A stretch of DNA of 64,000 bases from Octopus vulgaris (GCA_951406725.2 OX597819.1:118110001-118174000), one strand, 5' to 3'; counted from the stretch's first letter, positions 11,913 to 25,254 are shown. A program made the numbers and translations. Notes: generated by a model not told the origin, from the sequence alone.

Positions 11913-14900
11913 CTACAGAAATTACAACGACGATACCTACCTTACTAAGCATATAATGAAATAGATATACTATATTAGTGTTCTTAGTACATGGTAGCTT
12001 GAGATATTGTTTGTATATCCTACTTTATAATCTCTTACTAATCATAAGCCAAGCAATCATGAGATGACAATATGATCCCGTTCAGAGAATACTGGGACAT
12101 ACAAAACCTTCACGTACTTATTTGTTATTAAAATATTTGCAAGACACTGAGCATATCATATGTAATAATTTTCATGTTGAATCTTTCCATAAGTTATGAG
12201 AATCTGGGAATACGAAGCTTTTAATACAGCAAGAGGTGATGGATTTAAAAATTAATCTTAAAGACGTTGGAAGCTGCGACTACTAAAAGGAAAACATATA
12301 TTTATGAAATATTAATTCATTGAAAATATCATGTCAGAAAATACTTTACTGTTAAATGTGGTGATGAGTAGATTCCTATGAAAATGACTGAAAACTGAAA
12401 GTCGTAATATAGTCAGTTTGTTTCTGATAAATATTTAAGTGTTGCTCTGTTGTTTTATGGAACCATGTTTTGGGAATATAAAGGGTATCAAAGGGTACAT
12501 TCTCGTGGAGCGAAACCATGTCTCTCAGTAGATTAATATAGATTAAAAACAAAGAATGTATGATTCATCTTCTTAAATAGGAACATATTGTTGCATTCTC
12601 AAGTGCCGGTGTGGTCATGGACTGTAATTGTTTTTATTTTTCAAAACGGCAAACTTTAAAATCAATCTCTTATATTACATTTAGATCGGTCACATATTTC
12701 TCATAGATTTTGAGTATGGCATCAATTAGGCATGCCGTAATTATTTTGCCGATTATTTTAATGCCTTCGAATTACAAAAGCGTTACAATAAATGTTGGCG
12801 TCCTATGCGTATTTTTCAAACTCCAAACATATGTGTACATGTCTTGCATTTGCCATTACTATATTTCTCAAGGAAGTAATATAGCCTAATTATATTATTC
12901 AGGTATCTTTGTTTAAACTTAACTATTCATCACTTCCTGAATATCGGACTGGTTCTAGGCACATGAATATATTTCTGCGTGTACATTTACGTATAGGGAA
13001 TTTAGTTAGTTTACTATCGTAAATCTGGTTACAGTCCCTTATATTGAATAACTGTCTGTGTAAATATTTAATAGAAAACATTGATTTAGACTACAGTGAT
13101 TTCATTTTGAAACATCGAACATAAAGTTTAAGGAAGATTTGGCGTTAGGAAAGAGATAATGTTACGAAATCTCTTATTCCTGTTTCAAGGTAGTATGTTA
13201 TCTGATCTTATCTTATGAAGACACTAATTACTAGAAATTTATTGTTGATGACAGGCTTAACGTAGATTCCTTTTTATTCGATGTATCTGGTATCAGCAAC
13301 GCTTCTAATAACCTCAAGTAGGTGAAATGGTTATATATGAATATTTTGACATACATTACTCTTGCTGTAAAATGTGTTTATTACTGTAGATGACCGAGGA
13401 AGTTATATAATTAATATATTTATAAACCATCTAAGTTATAGTTCAGGTATTGTCAATAAACGCTACGACTTTCGGTACAAAATCTTGAACTATTGTAAAA
13501 CAACAACAAAGACTGACACAAGCAAACAACATAGAATCAACATCAATACAACTATATTTCTTCTTTCAAAACAATATGAATGTGAACTCCAATGAACTAT
13601 CCATTCATGTCTGTAGTTGAAACACTGTTGCTGCTTGTATCTGATGATCTTCGAGATATGCAGAGGTTACAGACGTATGAAGAAGAGTTTTGGCTTATCC
13701 ATAGCTAAGAATTCTAAAATATTGGATAACTCTTAGACAACTGCAAGCTATAACATTAGATCCAGCAATTGGATGGATGTTTCTGTTTTCCAGGCTCTGT
13801 TTTAAATACTGTAGTCTCCACTCCATATTTAACACACGTGTAGTCACTTCTGAGCTAACCATGTTTTATTTAAAAGTTTACATCCTTCGCGGTGATGCGT
13901 TGAACATTGCAATAGTTGCGGAAACTGTACACGTCATGTTTACCAATGTATTTTAATCTGTTTGAAAACTTTTAGAATGCTTATAACTGGAAATCTATTG
14001 TTCAGTTCAGGTTAAGTAATATGAAATATTGATGTACGTCTGCCGAATTTGCAAGTGTATTCATCACCAACGAAACCAAGAACGTTACCATGAGTTTACA
14101 AGAGGTCACCATCTGATCATTGCACAAGTTTGATATGATATCAGTTTGGCGCTCAAATTATAATCTTCCTGCAATGTGTATCAGTTATAATATATATGGG
14201 TGATCGTTTTTTGAACATACATCTGTTTAATCAATGAAGATTTATTGTCAGTAAATAAATATCTTTATAAGAACATTGCTACTTAGATAGCTACTATGTC
14301 TGTTTTTCTAACAGCACTTCAGCCAATATATTCATCAAATCCTACCTAGAATTCTACTAACGTAGTTGGAAATAAAATATTGATAATAGAGCACTCAGTA
14401 AGCTGGTTGCTCATCACATACGAAGTTATTTCACTAAATAAGTTGATAATTAATATATAAAAACGAAATTGAAAAAAATATATATTCAGCAGAATTTTAA
14501 TGACGGCACAAAAATTAAATCAGAGACCCTTGACCGGAATTCTGATAACGAATTCATTAGATTTTCTTGTGGACTAATGAAGTTATATTCTTTAACATAA
14601 TCGATGTTGCTGTCAGTCAGTGTGTTGTGTGTATGTCGGATAGGGCACATGTGTGTGTGTGTGTGTGTGTGAGTGTAAGAATGGATGTGTGCGTTGGACT
14701 GACTAATAATTAGATAATGAGAATAATCCATTGTCACATAAAGTTTCGCTGAGCGTGAGAGTCAGATAGACAGTTGTACAGATGGATACACTAATAAATT
14801 GGTACAGAGATAAAGAAATTAAGAGGTAGAATAAACAGAAAAGAAATAAAAAAAGAAAGGAAGAAACTGAGAAGTAGGAGAGATGAAAGCATTCGAAATA

Positions 14901-14929
14901 TCTTTATTCTAGCATACTGATAACTAATG

Positions 14930-15345
<416 letters not shown>

Positions 15346-16189
15346 CTATTCTTATAATCATTACGATTGGAAATGGAGAGTAACAGGAGAGCGATAGTTA
15401 GCAGGTGAAAATTAGATGGAATAAACGAGATAGGGAGTGAGTTTTATTTATTTTTTTTTTTTTTGATATTTTGTTCAATCAAAGAGATTCGCAACACGTT
15501 CAGAATGTTCTGAAAACTAAATATATTCAATGAATGGTTCTTTGTCCATCTTCTAACTACACTTTGACATTGTATGAAAAAGACTGAGAGATAAAAATAA
15601 CACGAATCAACAAAAATAGACATAAAAAAAGTTGGTTCTTTTTCGAATTATTTAACAAAGAAATAAACGAATTGGATTTGATTTAATTTACTGCTGGAAG
15701 TGTAAAGATTTCATGAAAAGGAATTCTTTTATTTTCCCGAAAATCTTTCTAAATGAATGAAAAACAAAAATGGGTGGGGAAGATGTGTAAAACATAATAC
15801 AGACGTTTGTGTTATTCGCAAGTGTGTATATGAGGGTGTACATATATATGTATTTGGGTAGGCGTACGGGTTGGTGCGTAGTTATATGTGCAAAAGAAAT
15901 AGACTAGGCCATGATGAATAAGATTGTGGCAGGAATGATGATGGAGAGAATGAGAAGGAGCAAAAGAAAGGGAAGGAGGACGGCGGCGGCGGTGATGACA
16001 AAAACGACGAAGGTTACATCGGTGACATTAGGGGTGGCGTTGAGGGTGGTGATTGGGTGGGTGGGTTTGGGGTCGCCAGCGGCGATAGTAACGATGGCAG
16101 CGAACGCGAAGACATTGATGACGTGCAGGCCGATAATAAAACCTAATAAGAAAAAAAGAAGAGATGCCGACGAGGATGATGAGTATTGG

Positions 16190-16218
16190 GATGACGATGG
16201 TGATGGTGGTGGTGGTGG

Positions 16219-16268
<50 letters not shown>

Positions 16269-16361
16269 GTGACGATGGTGATTATGATGATGATGATGAT
16301 GATGATGATAATGATGGTGATGATGATGATGATGATGATGATGATGGTGATTATGATGATA

Positions 16362-16406
<45 letters not shown>

Positions 16407-16645
16407 GTGATGATGGTGATGATGGTGATGATGGTGGTGATGATGGTGATGATGGTGATGATGATGATGATACTGACGATGACGACGACGACGATGATGA
16501 TGATGGTGATGATGATGATGAGGATGATGATGATGGTGATGATGATGCTGCTGCTGATGATGTTGACGGTGATGATGCTGATGATGATTTGTGATGATGG
16601 TGATGATGATGTTGATGATGATGGTGACGACGACGATGATGATTC
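16190..16645. repeat. (GAT)n/(GGT)n compound microsatellite
   Basis: Direct reading. Confidence 0.99.
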
Positions 16646-16960
16646 TACCAACGAAGAGTACGATAATGATAACGGTGCTGCTTACGAGAACAAGACTGAT
16701 GAGGTTCCGAACGAAGGAATAAAAATAGTCCTTAGTCTCAATAATTCCTAATTTGAGATGTTACTTTGTGAAAAAACTTCAGCCATATTATAACTTGTAC
16801 GTAGTTAATCGATAAAGTATATATTTTAGCTGCTTATTTTTCTAAAATATACATTGCAATCATTATGTAATATATTGTGGGGTAATCACCGAAGCGACAC
16901 TTGCGTATGATTGTATATAATGCAGTACATAGGGATTGTTGCACTGTATGTATATAGATT

Positions 16961-17348
16961 GTGGAGGTGCAATGGCCCAGTGGTTAGGGCAGCGGACTCG
17001 CGGTCATAGGATCGCGGTTTCGATTCCCAGACCGGGCGTTGTGAGTGTTTATTGAGCGAAAACACCTAAAGCTCCACGAGGCTCCGGCAGGGGATGGTGG
17101 TGATCCCTGCTGTCCTCTTTCACCACAACTTTCTCTCACTCTTACTTCCTGTTTCTGTTGTACTTGTATTTCAAAGAGCCGGCCTTGTCACTCTCTGTGT
17201 CACGCTGAATATCCCCGAGAACTACGTTAAGGTTACACGTGTCTCTGGAGTGCTCAGTCACTTACACGTTAAATTCACGAGCAGGCTGTTCCGTTGATTC
17301 GGATCAACCGGAACTCTCATCGTCGTAACCGACGGAGCGCTTCCACCA
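16961..17348 (+). mobile_element. tRNA(Arg)-like SINE family C, full length with 11-bp TSD
   Basis: A box tggcccagtgg, anticodon-like ctcgcgg, B box gtttcgattcc; TSD gtatatagatt at 16950-16960 and 17349-17359. Confidence 0.92.
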
Positions 17349-17570
17349 GTATATAGATTAAGAGTTTATTTGTCTCATTTCCCAAATTCCAAGCTTATAA
17401 TTATAGCCTCCCTGAATTGCATCTGGATAAAATTCTTAACATTCCATCATTTCATTTACGTCTTGTGTAACGTTTGGTTTTCTATCACTTCATTGCATGT
17501 CCGGATGATCGCATATAGAGGTCGAGACATCGTATACACCATCAATACTATAATTGGTAAAAATCATATA

Positions 17571-17978
17571 CTCTTTTACTCTTTACTCTTTTACTTGTTT
17601 CAGTCATTTGACTGCGGCCTTGCTGGAGCACCGCCTTTAATCGAGCAACTCGACCCCGGGACTTATTCTTTGTAAGCCCAGTACTTATTCTATCGGTCTC
17701 TTTTGCCGAACCGCTAAGTAACGGGGACATAAATACACCAGCATCGGTTGTCAAGCAATGCTAGGGGGACAAACACACAAACACACACACACATATATAT
17801 GTATATATACATATATACGACAGGCTTCTTTCAGTTTCCGTCTACCAAATCCACTCACAAGGCTTTGGTCGGCCCGAGGCCATAGTAGAAGACACTTGCC
17901 AAGGTGCCACGCAGTAGGACTGAACCCGGAACCATGTGGTTGGTAAACAAACTACTTACCACTCAACCACTCCTACGC
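17571..17978 (-). mobile_element. SINE family A, full length
   Basis: Complete head, body and tail; short catata duplication on both flanks. Confidence 0.95.
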
Positions 17979-18448
17979 ATATATGTAATTACTCTACAAA
18001 TATAATTGTAACTTAATTATTAATTTGATGTAAACTGGTATCAATTGACATTGAAACAATGATGAATATATACAAATATACACATGTGTGTGTGTGCTTG
18101 CGTGTGTATGTTGTTGTGTGTGAGTGTGGGTGTGCCAAGTCATTGCAACTCCTTTTTCAGAATTCCTTGAAGTGGTAATCTATCATGTAAAATGTAGAAG
18201 GGAATAATATACCCCATTTATAAAGCAGGAAGCAGAAGAGATGCTAAGCAATATAGATCTATCTCTCGGATTTCAGATACAGCAAAGGGCTGATCTAGGA
18301 TGATTAGAGAGAATATTTAAGAACTGAAGGGTTTGCTTGTTATTTCTGTATGGATTGGAATATTAGTATTATGGGTAAATGTGACATCCAAGAAGCTGGT
18401 TACCATATTCTCTATTTTAAACACAATATTTAAATAATAATTTTCAAA

Positions 18449-18860
18449 GCAGGAGTGGCTGTGTGGTAAGTAGCTTGCTAACTAACCACATGGTTCCGGG
18501 TTCAGTCCCACTGCGTGGCATCTTGGGCAAGTGTCTTCTGCTATAGCCCCGGGCTGACCAATGTCTTGTGAGTGGATTTGGTAGACGGAAACTGAAAGAA
18601 GTCTGTCGTATATATGTATATATATATAAGTGCATGTGTGTATATGTTTGTGTGTCTGTGTTTGTCCCCCTAGCATTGCTTGACAACCGATGCTGGTGTG
18701 TTTAAGTCCCTGTCACTTAGCGGTTCGGCAAAAGAGACCGATATAATAAGTACTGGGCTTACAAAGAATAAGTCCCGGGGTCGATTTGCTCGACTAAAGG
18801 CGGTACTCCAGCATGGCCGCAGTCAGATGACTGAAACAAGTAAAAGAGTAAAAGAGAGAG
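18449..18860 (+). mobile_element. SINE family A, full length
   Basis: gcaggagtggctgtgtggtaag...gactgaaacaagtaaaagagtaaaagag. Confidence 0.95.
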
Positions 18861-19171
18861 TAATGATTTCTTAGTGCGTTCAATCTCCGGACGGGATAAA
18901 CATTTAGTTGCGAACATCCCATCGTCTCTATCGAGACCACCGGATATGTTTCTAATGTATCGCTTTATTTGAGACAGAAGAAACATTCCTACATTATCTG
19001 TTATTTGAGCTGAGTCTCAAGAACACATTATTATAATTTTATGATGTTAATGTATATTTTTATGCATCAATATTTTTATGCATCAATATAGTTTTTCTAC
19101 CCATGTGTGTATATTATAATTTTATATATATTTATGAATACGGAAATTTTTAATATGTTTTAATATTTGAA

Positions 19172-19386
19172 CGAGTGAGGGCGGTGAGCTGGAAGAATCG
19201 TTAGCACACCGGGAGAATTTCTTAGCGGTATTTCGTCTGCCGTTTACGTTCTGAGTTCAAATTCCACCGAGGTCGACTTTACCTTTCATCCTTTCGGGGT
19301 CGATTAAATAAGTACCAGTTACGCACTGGGGCCGATGTAATAGACTTAATTCCTTTGTCCTTGTTTTTATTCTCTATAAAGACATG
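19172..19386 (+). mobile_element. SINE family B
   Basis: gggcggtgagctggaagaatcgttagc...gagttcaaattcc...cctttcatcctttcggggtcgat; aatatttgaa on both flanks. Confidence 0.9.
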
Positions 19387-19827
19387 AATATTTGAATAAA
19401 TGATACATTAAATACATTTTAATAAGTTGCATACATATATTTATGACTGAGTATATGTTTGTCTAAATTGTTGAACCTACTTGAATTCTTTTAGATATAA
19501 TATATATATCGGGCATCCCGGGTTTTTACATGAGCAATTCACAGTGCTTCCTATATAATAAACAAATATATTACTATACACACACACATACATACACATG
19601 CATACATACATATATATACATATTTGTATTATATATATATATATAGATAGATAAGAAAGTTTGTTTGGTAAAGCACGTGGGTGAATATATAAGAAAATAG
19701 TAAAGAGTGAAAAATCGACAGAAGGCTTAAATGTTAAAAAATATATATATTTGTGTCAAAATGTCTGGAGAATATTGGAAAATTTTTTTTCCTTTCCTTA
19801 AAATGACATAATTAAACAATTTTTTTA

Positions 19828-19866
19828 AAGAAATACCGGTTTCGCGTGTAGCTTTTCAAATTTCTT
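19828..19866 (-). ncRNA. Minimal hammerhead-like motif in the PLE 3' repeat (U3-A8 core variant)
   Basis: Reverse complement aagaaat-TTGAAAA-GC-TACAC-GC-GAAA-CCGG-TA-tttctt, ~45 nt after the ORF stop. Confidence 0.55.
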
Positions 19867-19911
19867 GTGACGTTATGTTTATATTGCATGGAGTTATTGT
19901 TGTGTTTATTT

Positions 19912-21710
19912 TCAGGAGATTTCTAAATAAGGGGAGGTAGTGAGTGATTTCTTCCGGTGTAAGGGAGATAATCGCTTAAAATATTTTTTTTCCTTTTCCC
20001 TTGTTAATTTCTGTGTCAGTATGGTCGGATGGTTGAGTCTGGGTTTGTACTTTTCAATGAAGAATGTTTCCTTGTTCAGTCCCATTTGTGTTGATGATCC
20101 GAAAGCACATTGGTAAAATGGGAAGATTAAAAATTGTGGCAGTAGTTGCTTTGCGCATTTCTCAATGTGCTCACTAAAAGGTATCATTCTATATTCTGGG
20201 AATGCAATCTGTTGTCGATGCAGTGTGCATCTACGCCTGAGTGATAGTCCCATGGAACCCACGTAGTCTTGGTGGCAGCCCGAGCATTTAATGACATAAA
20301 TTATGTTTTCAGAGGCACAAGTAAAGTTAGATTTGATCTTGAATTTTTGTCCCTCTTTAAAGAAGAATTCTGATCCTTCTAGTAGGTTAGGACATGTTGC
20401 ACAGTTCGATCTACCACATTTTTTTACTTTTGCATCCGTAATTTCAGAAGACAATTTTGCCTTTGTGAGAATCTTTTTAAGTGATTTAGGCTGTTTGTAG
20501 CTTTTAATGATTTGGTGTATGTTTAGAATTTCCTTTAATTTTGGGTTTTTATGAAGTATTGGTAAATTCTGGGTGATGATGGTGAAGGCTTCTTTGTTTC
20601 TGGGGTTGTATGTAGATATGTAAGGTAGTATTTTCGGGGAAGGTGTGTTGTTGTGTTGAACTTTTCTTAAAGTTTCTATGTTGATTTCTGTTGCACGTCT
20701 GATCCCATCCTCTATGAGTTGAGCTGGGTAATGTCTGTCAATTAGGGTGTTTTTGAGTTCTTGCAGTCTAAAGTTCCTGGTATTTTGTTCTGACACTATT
20801 GTGCATATCCTTCTTGCAAGGTTGAAGGGGATGTTTGTTTTAGTGTGTCTTGGGTGTCATGAATTAAAAAGAAGGTATTGTTTGGCGTCTGTGGCTTTGT
20901 AAAAAATGTCTGTTTCTATTTTAAGGTTAATTTTTTTAATTAGTATATCCAAGAACGGGAGCTCCTTTTGGTTGTATTCCATTGTGAACTGTATATTTGG
21001 GTTTATGCTGTTCAATATGTTTTTAAATTTTAGGAGTTTATCTATGTTTTCATTCCAGAGAATGAAACAATCGTCTAGGAATCGTTTCCAATTCTCTTTT
21101 ATGTATTGAAAGAGGGAGTTTCCAAAGATTGATAGAGATTCCTGGTAAATGATTATTTCCATGTATCCCATTGTTAAGTTCGCAATGACTGGTGCTGCCC
21201 TTGTACCCATAGCAATTCCGGATTTTTGACGGTAAAATGTATTGTCAAACATGAAGTGGTTATTGTGTAGGATGAATTCAATTGATTTAGTAATGAATTC
21301 CTTACTGATCCTTTTTGGTATTTCTTCCGGAAATTGGTCTAACCAGAACTGTATTGCCTCCAGTCCATAATTATGAGGTATACTGGTATACAAGTTGACT
21401 ACATCAAATGAAACCAGGATTGTTTCTTCCTTGGTTTTTTTTGGAAGGTGGTTTAACATATCTAAGTCATCTCTGATATGGCTATCGATATGTTTAAGGA
21501 AGGGTTTCAGGAGGATGTCCATAAGTAGACTTAGTCTGTGTGTTTCACAGGTTGGGCCAGCTACAATGGGTCGTAGTTTTAGGTCCCCCGGATTAGGTGT
21601 GTGTATGTATGTCTTTGATGATTTTTTAATGGTTTCATTTATAATTTGACTTTTATGAATTTTTGGCAGACCATAGAAAAGGCTAGGTTTGCATTTAAAG
21701 TTTGTTATTA
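19912..21710 (-). pseudogene. PLE polyprotein: reverse transcriptase, Cys linker, GIY-YIG endonuclease; one in-frame TGA at 20857-20859
   Basis: Single frame: FYGLPKIHK, LRPIV, SFDVVNLYTSIP, GIAMGT, RFLDD, LPFLD, YLLFNS*HP, CGRSNCATC, NIIYVIKCSGCHQDYVG, KYKPRLN. Confidence 0.93.
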
Positions 21711-23167
21711 GAAAATTGTAAAGTACATGTACTGTATATCTTTTCCCCTAATTCTGAAATTGAATTAAAAATTTTAGATCAATAACTATGTAAATACGAA
21801 CGAATTGTTTTTAAATTACTTTAAAGGCCTTCGAATCACCGAAATCAATATCAATGCTAGAATTTTTATATTGAATCGTATAAATGTTGTAGTAATTATA
21901 GGATTTTATTTCTATCGTATATAAAAAGGTTTTATCTATTTTGTTTAACAGAGAGCCGTTTAAACATGCAAAAACCAAATTTAAAACAGTAATATAATTA
22001 TAGATGAGAACAAATACTGCCAGCTATAATCGAGTGATAAGTTGAAATAACAACATTTCCATTTAAGTTATTTGATATTTTAAGTTCTAATTGAAATAAC
22101 AGATCATTTTGTGTGTGAAATTTGATATATATTTTTTAAAATTTTCACTTCGGTGATTCGCTCAATCTTTTTAAAGTTTCTAACAAAATAATTGATGATT
22201 CTTGTGACCTGGATGCTTTTGTTGATGCCTAGTATCTTCAACTTTATAAACAGGATGTAAAATAAAACAATACTTTTTTGACGACTCGATTTTCTGTCCT
22301 CTAGCTAAATAATATGAGTTTATATATTGTTTCAGAACACTTGAATGGCAAGAAAACATTCACAGAAATCATAGAAAAATATGTAGTTCCTGTCTGGCAA
22401 ACATAATAAAATATTTATTTTTGTTTTCGTATAACCGATACCTTACTGCTCGTACGCCAGCGCTAAATCTCTGTCGAATAGCTAATGTCTAATAGTTGCA
22501 GTCACCACATAACTCGCAAAATATATTTATTTCCTCGGGCTATTGCCGATCTTTCTAAATAATCGCCCGCTATACATAAATCACAAACTTTTCTTTCTGA
22601 AGCTTATAACATCGCAGAGTAAAAGCCAGCAGACGTACAGTTCATGCAAATGTAGCTAAAATGCAGGACAGTCCAAACTAGTACAGCTATAGGTCTGCTA
22701 AATTACAGCTAGTCTGGAGCCAAGAATATGTTATTTCACAAATATTACCACGTAGGCATCTGGGCTTACTTAAAGACTTTGCAGATGAAAGCTACCAATT
22801 TTTTCCATAAAACCGGATATTGTATTATTAGATATCTATCAAATAACTGCAATAAATAATTCTAGTCAGTAATCGCAAATTAAATATTATAGTAGCCAAA
22901 GTTCGTATAGTGCGGACTGTCAATCAATCAATGTTTAAAGCTTATACATACGATAACCTACTGCAACAAACGCGGCTGATATTAAGTAAAGGAAACCTTT
23001 TCTCAGTGCGTTTAGACGGACATGCAGATAAGTAAGTATACAATCGCTTGCACATTATGAACATGCAGTTTACTCCCGTGAATTTGAAACCTTGTGGGTA
23101 GTAAAGAAATAAATATCAAGCACAATACAAAGATCACCAACCCCTGCCTGAGCCTCGCGGAACTTTA

Positions 23168-23169
<2 letters not shown>

Positions 23170-23242
<73 letters not shown>

Positions 23243-23350
23243 TAGTTTTATTTTTTATAGCGTGCTTTCACTTCAATACCAAGCGCAGCTCTGTGTGCCT
23301 TGGGTATGTGCTGTGATTTGTTGTGCTGCTCTGATGATTATTGTATATTA

Positions 23351-23417
<67 letters not shown>

Positions 23418-23425
23418 TACTATTA
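23170..23425 (-). mobile_element. ~100-nt retroelement 3'-end-like insert (23240-23340) within a (TTA)n array
   Basis: Unique GC-richer segment running into (TAA)n on the minus strand, with the array on both sides. Confidence 0.5.
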
Positions 23426-23830
23426 TATACAGAATTGTTAATATAGAGGCTGGTAGAAACAGCAAGTTGTTTAAGTGAAGACAAGTGAAGTCTATCAACG
23501 CACTTTTGGAGACAACACAGCAGCATAACCGAAAGTTCTATCATAAAAAGATAATAATGTTCCTTCACAAAAGGTCTTTTGTACAGGAGTGAAACAAAGG
23601 AGATTCAAACTATTAAACCAAGAAAAAACGCAGTAGGTGATACACTTATTTTGAATATGATTTACAAACGTTACTACTCGCTTGTGAAGCAACGAAATAT
23701 AAAGACGAACGTTTCAATGAACAGACACACACATACACACACACATACACACACGTACACACAAAAACGCACACGCATAAACACCTATAGATATTGCTAT
23801 GTGCATGTGTGTATGTATATGCATGTTTCC

Positions 23831-23935
23831 GTGTGGAAGCGCAATGGCCAAGTGGTTAGAGAAGCTGACTCCAGCTCGTAGGATCGCGGTTTAGATACCT
23901 AGACCGGGTGTTGTGAGTGTTTATTGAGCGAAAAC
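23831..23935 (+). mobile_element. SINE family C, 5' head only
   Basis: gtgtggaagcgcaatggccaagtggttag...gttgtgagtgtttattgagcgaaaac matches 16961-17062. Confidence 0.85.
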
Positions 23936-23974
23936 TCCTTGATGACCTCACACCCCAGGTCTCATACCCTAATT

Positions 23975-24470
23975 CAACATGGGACATTCTAATTGTATAC
24001 ATAAGACAACACAATATACAGTCATATGCAATACATATTGCCCACCGGATGTTCCAAACCACATAGGCAAGTTTGCAGATTGCCTCACGAAAATGAAAGA
24101 AATCCTCATGAAACTGGAACACCACGTGAGCATATTTCTTATGGATGATTTCAACTTTCCTAATGTCAAATGGCTCAAAGGCCTCATTGCAAACAAGCAC
24201 AGGTGAAGTCCCTGGTCAAACTCACCGATGCCCTATTAATGGAGGAAGTTCTACTCAGATCAATTAGGGCGTATAACATTTTGGATCTCTGCTTCACGAA
24301 CAACATAGACATCGTTTATGATGTGAAAGTGACGCCGACATTAGTCTCGTAACACAACATAATAGAGCTGTCTATGTTTGGGCCGAAAGAATCCAGAGAC
24401 ATACAGCCTAAAGGAAGCACCCGAAATCTCTCCAATCTGAACTTCCACAAAACAGATCCACAAAGAGATC
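23975..24470 (+). pseudogene. LINE apurinic endonuclease (EEP) domain fragment, frameshifted
   Basis: TYCPPD, LMDDFNFPNVKW, ILDLCFTN, S*HNII correspond to the YRPP, GDFN, LDL and SDH motifs of APE-type LINE endonucleases. Confidence 0.85.
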
Positions 24471-24591
24471 CTCAGACATTGGCATGAAACTAGAATATTT
24501 CATGTCTGTTGTGCAAACCAAGAGGGGCAAATGAGGGTAGCTACATCAAACTCCATTCTTCACATATTTGAGGAAGGTCTCAGTAATATCA

Positions 24592-24650
24592 GTGTAGCAA
24601 AACGACGGTGCTCCCACATGGCGACAGCTCTGAGCTGAAACTTCAGTAAA
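24592..24650 (+). mobile_element. CR1-like LINE 3' tail
   Basis: gtgtagcaaaacgacggtgctcccacatggcgacagctctgagctgaaact. Confidence 0.7.
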
Positions 24651-24680
24651 AACTATATATATATACATATGTATATATAA

Positions 24681-24749
<69 letters not shown>

Positions 24750-24804
24750 ACGTTTAAATATTTGTTGTGCAAGATTTTTTATGTGAAGTCGTGTGTTGAA
24801 ACAG

Positions 24805-25062
24805 ATATTGTTATATTTCGGAATGGTCATTTTGCCAGTTTAGCCAATAAAAACACACGCACTATATATTTGGTGTTATTTTAATTACTAGCAACGATAT
24901 GTTGATGCGGTCACAGGAGTGTGACGAAAGAACACTGGCCGAAATAAGATTAAGATTAATGTAAAAAATAAATAACAATGAAGCAAAATAACACCAAATA
25001 TATTGTGCGTGTGTTTTTATTGGCTAAACTGGCAAAATGACCATTCCGAAATATAACAATAT
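24805..25062. repeat. 78-bp inverted repeat pair (24805-24882 / 24985-25062), one mismatch, in TA-rich context
   Basis: atattgttatatttcggaatggtc...tggtgttatttt is the reverse complement of aaaataacacc...ccgaaatataacaatat. Confidence 0.95.
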
Positions 25063-25095
25063 ATATATATATATATACATTATATATTTATATAC

Positions 25096-25174
<79 letters not shown>

Positions 25175-25205
25175 CGGAACGGTCATATATAAATCTTGCA
25201 CAACA

Positions 25206-25248
<43 letters not shown>

Positions 25249-25254
<6 letters not shown>

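Larger units (their letters stand above)
19650..21710 (-). mobile_element. 5'-truncated Penelope-like retroelement (C-terminal endonuclease type, Neptune-like) with 3' pseudo-LTR region
   Basis: RT plus GIY-YIG ORF followed by ~260 nt non-coding 3' region ending at a TA tract. Confidence 0.9.

Noticed and set aside
15911-16594. 227-aa Asp-rich ORF and the overlapping poly-Met and poly-Ile ORFs
   Set aside because: Translation of a (GAT)n microsatellite that is open in several frames; no domain or splice evidence
16961-17035. tRNA-like sequence here and in other SINE heads
   Set aside because: No proper acceptor stem; continues into a SINE body with TSD, so not a tRNA gene
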